The notes under the pieces: generated by a model
What the model was told of the DNA's origin: nothing
Databases searched by the model: none
What the model saw: the letters and a program-made list of their open reading frames with translations, nothing else
Part shown: in pieces, positions 19,269-28,133 of the stretch
How positions within the stretch are numbered: the first letter of the stretch is position 1
Layout of the letters: every line of letters begins with the position of its first letter
Program-made: the position numbers and the translations under genes
Origin: Candidatus Omnitrophota bacterium
GTDB lineage: Bacteria; Omnitrophota; Gorgyraeia; Aquiviventales; Aquiviventaceae
Assembly: GCA_016209275.1 (NCBI GenBank)
Contig: JACQWM010000004.1
Location: 42,243 to 106,242, forward strand
Direction: 5' to 3'
DNA length: 64,000 bases

Positions 19269-20473
19269 CACCACGGATGATCGGGGTGGTGACGGTCGGC
19301 CGGTCAGATTACGGCATGGTCACGCCCATCCTGAAAGCGATACAGCGCGAACCGTCCTTGCGATTGCATCTGATCGTCTCCGGCGCGCATCTCTCGGCGG
19401 AATTCGGAGCGACCATCAACGACATCGAGCGCGATGGGGTGCCAATCGGCGACCGGGTGGAGATGCTGCGCCATGCCGATACGCCGGAGGGCATCGCCGA
19501 CTCGATCGGCCGAGGGGTCTCGGGATTCGCGCGCTCCTTTGCCGCCACACGGCCTGATGTGCTGCTCATTCTCGGCGACCGGGTGGAGATGTGCGCGGCG
19601 GCACTCGCGGCGCTGCCCATGACCATTCCAGTCGCGCATCTGCACGGAGGCGAGCTCACCGAGGGTGCGATCGATGATGCGTTGCGGCATGCCATGACGA
19701 AACTCAGCCACGTCCATTTTGTGGCCACCGACGCCTACGCCAAGCGCGTCATGCAGCTTGGCGAGGAGCCGTGGCGCGTCACACGCTGCGGCGCGCCCAG
19801 CTTGGATCACATCACAGACATCCCGCGGTTGAACCGGGAAGAGCTGCACGTGCAATTTGGGTTGCGACTGCGCGAGCCCATCCTCTTAGTCACGTGTCAT
19901 CCGGTGACGCTGGAATTCGAGCGGACCGAGTGGCACATCGCGCAGCTGCTGGAGGCACTGGCCGAGTGGACCGGCACCGTCGTCTTCACGGCGCCGAATG
20001 CGGATACGCACGGCCGGCTCATCCGGCGCGCGATTGAGGCGTTTCTCTCGGCCCATCCGCAGCATCAGATGATCGAGCACCTGGGACGCCAGGGATATGT
20101 CAGCGTGATGGCGCAAGCGTGCGCGATGGTTGGCAACTCGTCCAGCGGCCTCATCGAGGCGCCGTCCTTCGAGCTGCCGGTGGTCAACATCGGTTCGCGC
20201 CAGCAGGGACGGATCCGTGCGGCGAACGTGATTGATGTCGGCGAAACACGGCAGGACATTCTTGATGGCATCCGCCAAGCAACCGCTCCGGCCTTCCGAC
20301 AGCGGCTGCGCGGGCTGGTAAACCCGTACGACCAGGGCGGAGCGGCGGCAATGATTGTGCGGCGATTAAAGGAGATGCCGATCGACGCTCGGCTGCTCCG
20401 CAAACGGTTTGTGGATCTTCCCGCAGCTTCTGCGAGTCACCCTGAACCGACCGTGGTGTCGCATGCCGACTGA
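19265..20473 (+). CDS. neuC: UDP/GDP-N-acetylhexosamine 2-epimerase (hydrolysing), NeuC/LegG-like
   Basis: IGVVTVGRSDYG...HLHGGE motifs of hydrolysing 2-epimerases. Confidence 0.8.
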   Translation: MTPRMIGVVTVGRSDYGMVTPILKAIQREPSLRLHLIVSGAHLSAEFGATINDIERDGVPIGDRVEMLRHADTPEGIADSIGRGVSGFARSFAATRPDVLLILGDRVEMCAAALAALPMTIPVAHLHGGELTEGAIDDALRHAMTKLSHVHFVATDAYAKRVMQLGEEPWRVTRCGAPSLDHITDIPRLNREELHVQFGLRLREPILLVTCHPVTLEFERTEWHIAQLLEALAEWTGTVVFTAPNADTHGRLIRRAIEAFLSAHPQHQMIEHLGRQGYVSVMAQACAMVGNSSSGLIEAPSFELPVVNIGSRQQGRIRAANVIDVGETRQDILDGIRQATAPAFRQRLRGLVNPYDQGGAAAMIVRRLKEMPIDARLLRKRFVDLPAASASHPEPTVVSHAD

Positions 20474-21137
20474 TCAGCGATGCTGTCTGGTTCTTGGCGG
20501 CGGGGGGCATGCGCGGGTGGTGATCGACTGTCTGCTGGCGAGCGGCATCGCGAAGCCGCAGGGGATTCTTGATGCGAGTCCGCGGCTATGGGGGACTGAG
20601 GTGCTTGACGTGCCGATTCTCGGCGGGGATGAGATGATCGCTCAGCTCGCGCGCGAAGGTGTAACGCTGTTTATCGTCGGAGTGGGCGCGGTAGGTGACA
20701 ACGGACCGCGGCAGCGGCTCTTTGAGCTTGGGATCTCCCGCGGCCTCACCCCGTTGTCGGTGCGCCATCCGTCTGCCGTGTGCTCATCATCGGCGACGGT
20801 GGGAGCCGGCTCGCTGCTGTGCCCAGGGGCGGTGGTCAACGCGGGTGCGGTGATCGGCGGCAATGTCATTATCAACTCCGGCGCGATTGTGGAGCATGAG
20901 TGCGTGATCGAGGATCATGCGCACGTTGCCAGCGGGGCGGTCCTGGCCAGCGCGGTGCGTGTTGGCCGCGGCGCGCATGTGGGCGCAGGGGCTACGGTGC
21001 GCCAAGGCCTCTCCATTGGTGAAGCGGCGATCGTCGGTGCCGGGGCGGTTGTCGTCAAGCCGGTCGAGGCCGGGACGGTGGTTGTAGGGGTGCCGGCGCG
21101 CGAGCTCAAGCGCTTGTCGACGGCAGGAACCGGATGA
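20463..21137 (+). CDS. NeuD/PglD-family hexapeptide-repeat sugar N-acetyltransferase
   Basis: N-terminal Rossmann-like CLVLGGGGHARVV, followed by left-handed beta-helix hexapeptide repeats. Confidence 0.75.
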   Translation: MPTDQRCCLVLGGGGHARVVIDCLLASGIAKPQGILDASPRLWGTEVLDVPILGGDEMIAQLAREGVTLFIVGVGAVGDNGPRQRLFELGISRGLTPLSVRHPSAVCSSSATVGAGSLLCPGAVVNAGAVIGGNVIINSGAIVEHECVIEDHAHVASGAVLASAVRVGRGAHVGAGATVRQGLSIGEAAIVGAGAVVVKPVEAGTVVVGVPARELKRLSTAGTG

Positions 21138-22096
21138 GCATCGCGAACAGAAGACGTATTGGATCGAACGGAAACGAGATCCGTATGGCAGCGCTGCCCT
21201 CTGTGAGCGGCGCAGGAGGGTGGGAATCTGATGGTCTTTGCGAAGTGGAATCCTTCTATGATCTGATGTCCGAGGGCGCTGATTTCTCCTACTATCAGGA
21301 CCTCGGGCCAGGCAAATACGAAGAGCATTATTACAATCCGGATGGGGTCATCCTGTTTCCCGCGGCGCGGCAGCTGTATTGGTTTGGCGTGTCGCATCTC
21401 TCGGTTGGCACGCTTCGCCCTGGAGTTCGGGGCTATGTGCCGTGGAATCTCTGGAGAAAGAAATTCGTGTTTGCGTACCAGGGCAATCGCGTGAGCATCT
21501 TGCCGTACTCGTTCTGGCACGTGCCGGCGGGGGCGGCCGATCCCATGCGTGGGCAGTCCGCGGTGAAAGTCGCATACGCCGTCGGCCAGCGATTCCAACG
21601 GCTGTGCGATGTGCGCCCCGAAGAAGGAATGCCAGCGCAGGCGCTGGAGGCGATCGCCTCAGCGTGGAAGACGCATCGACGGCTCAAGATCGGGGTGACG
21701 ATCGGCCACAGCGTGGCGATGTTTGACGTCCGAACCGCATTTTTTGAGCGCGGGATTTTTTCGTTTTCTTCGAAGATCATCGTGATTCCTGATGCGGATG
21801 CCACGGCATTTTCCTGGGATCGCGCGTCGCTCGGCCACGTGTGCGTGTCAACGGACGGCACCTGCTCGATGGTGCAGGAAAAGCGCCCGCGGGCGGCCTG
21901 GAAGCATCAGCTCGCGGCGCTCTGTCCCGGGGTGATCGGCGCCCATCAGCTCCTTGAGCATTCTCCGCGGCCCGTTCAAGAATGGTGCCGCGCGATGCTG
22001 CGCGGTCCATCGCAAATGCTGCTGCGGTGGCTCGCGCCCTACGAGGTCAAGCAGCTCCGGTGCCCGTTTACGGTGTTTGTGAGCGAAAATACATGA
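21134..22096 (+). CDS. Hypothetical protein
   Basis: 320-aa ORF in operon context (ATGA coupling on both sides). No recognisable motif. Confidence 0.35.
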   Translation: MSIANRRRIGSNGNEIRMAALPSVSGAGGWESDGLCEVESFYDLMSEGADFSYYQDLGPGKYEEHYYNPDGVILFPAARQLYWFGVSHLSVGTLRPGVRGYVPWNLWRKKFVFAYQGNRVSILPYSFWHVPAGAADPMRGQSAVKVAYAVGQRFQRLCDVRPEEGMPAQALEAIASAWKTHRRLKIGVTIGHSVAMFDVRTAFFERGIFSFSSKIIVIPDADATAFSWDRASLGHVCVSTDGTCSMVQEKRPRAAWKHQLAALCPGVIGAHQLLEHSPRPVQEWCRAMLRGPSQMLLRWLAPYEVKQLRCPFTVFVSENT

Positions 22097-23655
22097 GCGT
22101 GCGGATCATCCCGCGTCTTGACATCAAAGGCCCCAACCTGGTGAAGGGCATTCACCTGGAGGGGCTGCGGGTGTTGGGACGGCCTGAACCGTTCGCGCGT
22201 TGCTACGCTGAGCACGGCGCGGATGAATTGTTGTTCATGGATGCGGTGGCCAGCTTGTATCAGCGTAACAGCCTGCTCGATTTGATTTCGCGGACCTCGC
22301 GGGAAATCTTCATCCCGCTGGCCGTCGGCGGCGGGCTGCGTTCGATTGACGATATCCGGATGGTCTTGCGCGCAGGCGCTGATAAAGTGTCGCTGAACAC
22401 GGCGGCCATCCAGAGGCCTGAGCTGATCCGTGAAGCCGCCCAGCGCTTCGGCAGCTCAACCATCGTCGTATCGATCGAGGCGATCAAGAGACCTGATGGG
22501 TCCTATGAGGCGTACACCGACAATGGACGGGAGCGCAGCGGGGTGGATGCGATGGCGTGGGCGCGCCGTGCGGCCGAGCTCGGAGCCGGGGAGCTGCTGG
22601 TGACCTCGATCGACCGCGAAGGCACGGGCAAAGGATTCGATGTGGAGTTGACGCGCGCCATCGCAGAATCGGCGCCGATTCCGGTGATTGCGTGCGGAGG
22701 AGCTGGCCAACTCGCCCATGTGGAGGAGGTTGTCGCGGCCGGGCGCGCGGATGCGGTCTGCCTGGCGTCGATGCTGCATTATGCCGATGGCGCTCCCCGA
22801 ACCGCGGAACATGTGGCGGCCCAGGAAGGCAACACCGAGTATCTGAAGAGCCGCCGAGGATTTTCCAAGGTGCGCGGAGCCACACTCGGGGAGATCAAAT
22901 CATTTCTTGCATCGAAACACGTCGAGTGCCGACCAGGGGACGGTGCTCTTTTTCGATGCTCGAAAAAGAGCACCGTCCCCGCACCGACCGTCGCGATCAT
23001 CGACTATGAGATGGGCAATCTCTTCAGCGTCAAACACGCCTGCGAGCATGCCGGCATGCAGGCGATCATCACCTCCTCGCGCGAGGCGATCCAGTCGGCC
23101 GATGCGATCATCCTGCCGGGTGTTGGAGCCTTCGGCGATGCGATGGCGGCCTTAAGACGGCTGGATCTGGTCAGCCTGCTGAAGGAATGCGCAGCGTCAG
23201 GCAAACCGTTGATGGGAATCTGTCTTGGCATGCAACTGCTGATGACGGAAAGCGAGGAGTTCGGGCGCCACCAAGGGCTGGGCATCATTGAGGGCGATGT
23301 GGTGCGACTCAGTCCAGGGGCTTATGACGGGCGGGCCATGAAAGTGCCCCAGGTGGGATGGAATCGGATTACGCCAACGGCCCCGGAAGCATGGCGCAAC
23401 AGCCTCTTGGCGGACACGCCGCCCGGGGCGTGGACGTATTTCGTCCATTCGTTTTATGCCCGTCCAGCCGATCCTGAGGTGATGGTGTCCACGACGCGCT
23501 ACGGTGATGCGACGTTTTGCTCAAGTCTTGCGCGGCGCAACGTGTTTGCCTGCCAATTCCATCCTGAGCGCAGCGGGCCGGACGGGCTGCGCATCTACCG
23601 CCAGTTCGCCGCGATGGCGCAACGCACGATGAAGGAGGTGGCTCCACATGCCTGA
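22093..23655 (+). CDS. Fused imidazole-glycerol-phosphate-synthase-like cyclase (HisF/WbuZ-like) and glutamine amidotransferase (HisH/WbuY-like)
   Basis: N-terminal half: IIPRLDIKGPNLVKG...AVGGG (HisF TIM barrel). C-terminal half: VAIIDYEMGNLFSV...CLGMQLL...FHPE (class I GATase triad). Confidence 0.8.
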   Translation: MSVRIIPRLDIKGPNLVKGIHLEGLRVLGRPEPFARCYAEHGADELLFMDAVASLYQRNSLLDLISRTSREIFIPLAVGGGLRSIDDIRMVLRAGADKVSLNTAAIQRPELIREAAQRFGSSTIVVSIEAIKRPDGSYEAYTDNGRERSGVDAMAWARRAAELGAGELLVTSIDREGTGKGFDVELTRAIAESAPIPVIACGGAGQLAHVEEVVAAGRADAVCLASMLHYADGAPRTAEHVAAQEGNTEYLKSRRGFSKVRGATLGEIKSFLASKHVECRPGDGALFRCSKKSTVPAPTVAIIDYEMGNLFSVKHACEHAGMQAIITSSREAIQSADAIILPGVGAFGDAMAALRRLDLVSLLKECAASGKPLMGICLGMQLLMTESEEFGRHQGLGIIEGDVVRLSPGAYDGRAMKVPQVGWNRITPTAPEAWRNSLLADTPPGAWTYFVHSFYARPADPEVMVSTTRYGDATFCSSLARRNVFACQFHPERSGPDGLRIYRQFAAMAQRTMKEVAPHA

Positions 23656-24877
23656 GGTGACGGCGTCCTTATCCGAAGGGCTCGAAGCCAAATACGGATT
23701 GCCCAGGGAGGTGGCGTTTTGCCGCCGCTGCGTGATGTCGAACCAGCGTCCGGCCTCCTCGGTGGAGTTCAAGCACGGGCTGGATCACCAGCATCGCACC
23801 TTGCATTTCGACGCGGATGGGGTGTGCGATGCATGCCGAGTGGCCGAGCACAAAGAGCAGATCAACTGGACGGCGCGCGAGACCGAGCTGCTGGCCCTCT
23901 TAGAGCAGCACCGGCGCAGCGACGGCGGCTACGACTGCATCGTGCCGGGCAGCGGCGGCAAGGACAGCGCGTACGCCGCGCATGTGCTGAAGTACAAGTA
24001 CGGCATGCATCCGCTGACCGTGACCTGGCCGCCGATCCTCTACACCGACATCGGCTGGAAAAATTTCCGCAACTGGGTTGAAGTCGGCGGATTCGATAAT
24101 GTGACCTTCAAACAGAATGGCCGCGCCCACCAGCTCTTGACGCGCTTGGCCATTGAGCACTTGCTCCACCCCTTTCAGACCTTCATCCTCGGGCAAAAGA
24201 ACCTCGCCCCAAAGATGGCGCTGCACTTCAACGTGCCCTTGATTTTTTTCGGCGAGAACGAGGCCGAGTACGGCAACCCGATCGCGGATAACGCCCAGTC
24301 GCTGCGCGATAAGTCGTACTTCGCGATGCAGCACCTCGGCGAGATCCGCCTCGGAGGGCTGTCGGTCGATGAGCTGATCGAGCGGCACGGGCTGGCACTC
24401 AATGAGCTGATGGCGTACCTGCCGGCGGATGCGGCGGCGTTGGCGCGCTCGAACATCGAAGTGCGCTACCTCGGCTACTACCTGAAGTGGACGCCGCAGG
24501 AGAGCTACTACTATGCGGTGGAGCACACCGGGTTTGAAGCCAACCCCGTCCGCACCGAGGGGACGTATAGCAAGTACAACAGCTTGGATGATAAAATCGA
24601 CGGCTTCCACTACTACACGACGTACATCAAGTTCGGCATCGGGCGTGCCACGTACGATGCCTCACAGGAGATTCGCAACAAGCATTTGACCCGCGAGGAA
24701 GGGGTGGGACTCGTGCGCCGTTTCGACGGGGAGTTTCCTGAGAAATATTTCCGCGAGGTCATGGAGTATCTTGGCATGAAGCCTGAGCGATTCATGGAGT
24801 TGTGCGATCAGTTCCGCTCGCCCCATTTGTGGAAACAGGAGGGCGGGCAGTGGAAGCTTCGGCACCAGGTGGCTTGA
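23648..24877 (+). CDS. N-acetyl sugar amidotransferase (WbuX/PseA-like PP-loop ATPase)
   Basis: PP-loop GSGGKDS motif. A CRRC N-terminal Zn-ribbon-like motif. ~409 aa, adjacent to the HisH/HisF homologues. Confidence 0.75.
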   Translation: MPEVTASLSEGLEAKYGLPREVAFCRRCVMSNQRPASSVEFKHGLDHQHRTLHFDADGVCDACRVAEHKEQINWTARETELLALLEQHRRSDGGYDCIVPGSGGKDSAYAAHVLKYKYGMHPLTVTWPPILYTDIGWKNFRNWVEVGGFDNVTFKQNGRAHQLLTRLAIEHLLHPFQTFILGQKNLAPKMALHFNVPLIFFGENEAEYGNPIADNAQSLRDKSYFAMQHLGEIRLGGLSVDELIERHGLALNELMAYLPADAAALARSNIEVRYLGYYLKWTPQESYYYAVEHTGFEANPVRTEGTYSKYNSLDDKIDGFHYYTTYIKFGIGRATYDASQEIRNKHLTREEGVGLVRRFDGEFPEKYFREVMEYLGMKPERFMELCDQFRSPHLWKQEGGQWKLRHQVA

Positions 24878-24890
24878 GGGAGGAGAGCGC

Positions 24891-25979
24891 ATGGACCACG
24901 ATGTGAGCGCGCTATGCGTCGACCGCCATCGCGCCTTCGGCGAGGCGATCGCGCAGATGGACCGCAATCGCCGGGGGATTGTCCTGGTGGTGGATGAGCA
25001 TGAGCAGCTGGTGGGCACGATCACCGACGGTGATGTGCGTCGGGCGATCCTGAGCCGGATTGACCTTCGCGAGCCGGTGACAGCGCTGTTGGAGACAAAA
25101 TCCAGGACGCCGTATGCCCGGCCGATTACCGCGCCCATCGGGCAAGATCCAGCGACCTACCTGGAGCTCCTCACCCAGCACCGGATTTTGCACCTGCCGC
25201 TGCTCGATGCCCGCCAGCGGGTGGCCGGGCTCGCGACGATGGAGCAGTTTCTCCAGCACCAGCCGCTGGCGCTTCACGCCATCGTCATGGCCGGAGGGCA
25301 GGGCAGCCGGTTGACGCCGCTGACTGAGGATCTGCCGAAGCCGATGCTGCCGGTGGGCGACCGGCCGCTGATGGAAATCGTCATCCAGCAATTGCGCGCG
25401 GCGGGTATCACGCGCGTCAAAGTGTCCACCCATCATAAACCGGAAAAGATCGAGGAGCATTTCGGCGATGGGCAGGCCTTCGGGGTGCGCCTGTCGTATG
25501 TGGCCGAGGACCGGCCGTTGGGCACCGCCGGAGCGTTGGGGCTGGTGGAGGTGCCTGACGAAACCACCCTGGTGATCAACGGCGACATTCTCACGCAAGT
25601 CGATTTCCGGGCGATGTTGGCGTATCACCGCGAGCACCAAGCGGATTTGACCGTGGCCGTCCGCCATTACGATGTTGAAGTGCCGTATGGCGTGGTGGAG
25701 TGCGAAGGGGCCATGGTCCGCCGGCTGACCGAGAAGCCGGTCAGCCGCCTGTTCGTCAATGCCGGGATTTATCTGCTGGAACCGTCGGTCTATCGCTTCA
25801 TTCCGAATGGCGAGCGGTTTGACATGACGGATCTGATCCAGCGGCTGCTGGACCACCAGCGGCCGGTGGCCAGTTTTCCGATCCGGGAATATTGGCTGGA
25901 CATCGGCCAGCATGCGGATTATCAGTTGGCGCAGGAGCATGCCAAAACGCTGAATCTGGCAAAGGAGGCTGCCGAATGA
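24891..25979 (+). CDS. CBS-domain-containing sugar-phosphate nucleotidyltransferase (PtmE-like)
   Basis: N-terminal CBS pair (VGTITDGDVRRAI...), then the NTP-transferase motif MAGGQGSRLTPLT...KPML. Confidence 0.7.
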   Translation: MDHDVSALCVDRHRAFGEAIAQMDRNRRGIVLVVDEHEQLVGTITDGDVRRAILSRIDLREPVTALLETKSRTPYARPITAPIGQDPATYLELLTQHRILHLPLLDARQRVAGLATMEQFLQHQPLALHAIVMAGGQGSRLTPLTEDLPKPMLPVGDRPLMEIVIQQLRAAGITRVKVSTHHKPEKIEEHFGDGQAFGVRLSYVAEDRPLGTAGALGLVEVPDETTLVINGDILTQVDFRAMLAYHREHQADLTVAVRHYDVEVPYGVVECEGAMVRRLTEKPVSRLFVNAGIYLLEPSVYRFIPNGERFDMTDLIQRLLDHQRPVASFPIREYWLDIGQHADYQLAQEHAKTLNLAKEAAE

Positions 25980-26959
25980 GCTGGCATGGCAAACGGGTCT
26001 TGGTGACCGGAGCCGGAGGGTTTATCGGCAGCCATCTGGCCGAGAAGCTGACGGCCGCTGGGGCCAAGACGCGCGCCCTGGTGCATTACCGCAGCGACGG
26101 CTCCTGGGGCTGGCTGGACCGTTCGCCGATGAAGGAACAGATCGAGATCGTCGCCGGAGACGTGCGGGATGCCGAGAGTGTGCAGCAGGCCATGCAGGGC
26201 ATCGATATCGCGTTTCACCTGGCCGCGCTGATCGGCATTCCGTATTCGTACCACGCGCCGAGCTCCTACATCCATACCAATGTCGAGGGCACGCTGCATG
26301 TGCTGCAAGCGGCGCGCACGCATGGCATCGAACGCGTCGTCCATACGTCCACGAGCGAAGTGTATGGGACGGCGCGGTACGTGCCGATTGATGAAGCCCA
26401 TCCGCTGCACGCCCAGTCTCCCTATGCGGCCAGCAAAATCGGGGCGGATGCCTTGGCGGAATCGTTCGCTCATGCGTTTGGATTACCGGTCGTCATCGTG
26501 CGGCCCTTCAACACCTTCGGGCCTCGGCAATCCGCTCGGGCGGTCATCCCGACGATCATGACGCAATGCCTGACGGATGGCGTGATTCGCTTAGGCCATC
26601 TGCACCCCACGCGAGATCTGAATTATGTCGACAACACAGTCGAGGGGTATCTGCGGGCGGCGGAGGCTCCTGCGGCCATCGGGCGCACGATCAATCTCGG
26701 CTCCGGCCGGGAAATCAGCATCGGGGATCTGGCGGCAGTGATTGCCGGTCTGGCCGATCGGCCGATCCGGATCGAGGAAGACGAGTCCCGTCTTCGTCCG
26801 CCGCAGAGCGAGGTCGACCGGTTGCTGGCCAAGAATGCGTTGGCCCGCGAAGTACTCGGCTGGGAGCCGTCGATCACGCTTGAGGAGGGGTTGCGAATCA
26901 CCATGGCATGGATGCGAGAACACCTTGATGGATACCGCGCAGGCCTCTACGCCATCTAA
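25976..26959 (+). CDS. NAD-dependent NDP-sugar 4,6-dehydratase/epimerase (LegB-like)
   Basis: VLVTGAGGFIGSHL Rossmann motif and the SYxxxK region (YAASK). ATGA coupling. Confidence 0.7.
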   Translation: MSWHGKRVLVTGAGGFIGSHLAEKLTAAGAKTRALVHYRSDGSWGWLDRSPMKEQIEIVAGDVRDAESVQQAMQGIDIAFHLAALIGIPYSYHAPSSYIHTNVEGTLHVLQAARTHGIERVVHTSTSEVYGTARYVPIDEAHPLHAQSPYAASKIGADALAESFAHAFGLPVVIVRPFNTFGPRQSARAVIPTIMTQCLTDGVIRLGHLHPTRDLNYVDNTVEGYLRAAEAPAAIGRTINLGSGREISIGDLAAVIAGLADRPIRIEEDESRLRPPQSEVDRLLAKNALAREVLGWEPSITLEEGLRITMAWMREHLDGYRAGLYAI

Positions 26960-28133
26960 CCGCCAGGCATCCCAGGCATCGGTGCCGTTGAGCGCGCCGC
27001 TCTTCCAGGGGCGGGAATGGGAGTATCTCAAGACCTGCCTGGACAGCGGGTGGGTCTCCTCGGCCGGCCCGTTTGTGGAGCGGTTTGAGCGCGAGGTGGC
27101 GGCGTATGTAGGAAGCCCTGAGGCGGTGGCCGTCGTCAACGGGACCGCGGGGTTGCATGTGGCTCTGCGCATGGTCGGCGTTGAGCCGGAGGATGAAGTG
27201 CTGGTTTCCGATGTGACGTTTATTGCGCCGGCGAATGCGATCCGGTATTGCCAGGCCCACCCGGTGTTCATTGATGCCGAGGCCGACACGTGGCAGATGG
27301 ATGTGGAGAAGGCGGAGCGGTTTTTGCGCACGGCATGCCAGCGCCGTCGGAAGGCGTGCTACAACCAGCGTACCGGCCGGCGCGTGCGCGCTATCGTGCC
27401 GGTGCACATCCTGGGACTAGCCTGCGAGATGGATCGGCTGATGGCGCTCGCACGCGAGTATCACCTGCAGGTCGTCGAAGATGCGGCCGAAGCGATGGGC
27501 GTGCGGTATCGCGGAACCCATGTCGGCACGTTTGGCGATGCCGGAGTGTTAAGTTTCAACGGCAACAAAATCATCACTGCCGGAGGCGGCGGCATGGTCC
27601 TCACACGCAGTCGGCGCCATGCGGCCGCTGCTCGGTATCTGACCACGCAGGCCAAAGATGATGCGCTGGAGTATGTGCATCACCACATCGGATACAATTA
27701 CCGGCTGCCGAATATCCAGGCGGCGCTTGGGCTGGCGCAACTGGAGCAGCTGGATGGGTTCATCGCGAAAAAGCGCGCCATCGCCGCGGTGTATGCCGAG
27801 GCGCTGGGGACGATCCATGGCCTGACCTTGATGCCGGCACCGCCGCACACGGAGCCGACCTATTGGCTCTACACCGTGCTGCTCGCACCCGGGACCACGA
27901 TTGCGCGGCGCCAGGCGGTCATCCGAGCGCTGCGCGCCGCCGGGATCGAGGCCCGGCCGTTGTGGCATCCGCTGCACGCCTTGCGGCCCTACCGGCGGTG
28001 CCAGCGGGTGGCGATCGAATACGCGCCTCGGTTATACGCGCGGGCGGTGAGCCTGCCATCCGGGGTGGGCTTGGGCGGCGAGACGCTCGCTGAGTGCGTG
28101 GCCACCGTCAGAGACACCTTGTTAGCCTCATGA
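26928..28133 (+). CDS. DegT-family PLP-dependent sugar aminotransferase (second copy)
   Basis: Lys-region SFNGNKIITAGGGGM and the typical DegT N-terminus. Start uncertain (overlaps upstream by ~30 nt). Confidence 0.7.
   Translation: MDTAQASTPSNRQASQASVPLSAPLFQGREWEYLKTCLDSGWVSSAGPFVERFEREVAAYVGSPEAVAVVNGTAGLHVALRMVGVEPEDEVLVSDVTFIAPANAIRYCQAHPVFIDAEADTWQMDVEKAERFLRTACQRRRKACYNQRTGRRVRAIVPVHILGLACEMDRLMALAREYHLQVVEDAAEAMGVRYRGTHVGTFGDAGVLSFNGNKIITAGGGGMVLTRSRRHAAAARYLTTQAKDDALEYVHHHIGYNYRLPNIQAALGLAQLEQLDGFIAKKRAIAAVYAEALGTIHGLTLMPAPPHTEPTYWLYTVLLAPGTTIARRQAVIRALRAAGIEARPLWHPLHALRPYRRCQRVAIEYAPRLYARAVSLPSGVGLGGETLAECVATVRDTLLAS

Noticed and set aside
21134-22096. Considered calling the 320-aa protein a sialyltransferase or Maf-like transferase
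   Set aside because: No supporting motif could be identified by eye, so it is left as hypothetical.
24912-25940. 342-aa minus-strand ORF
   Set aside because: Completely overlaps the CBS-nucleotidyltransferase gene, which has clear motifs, on the opposite strand.
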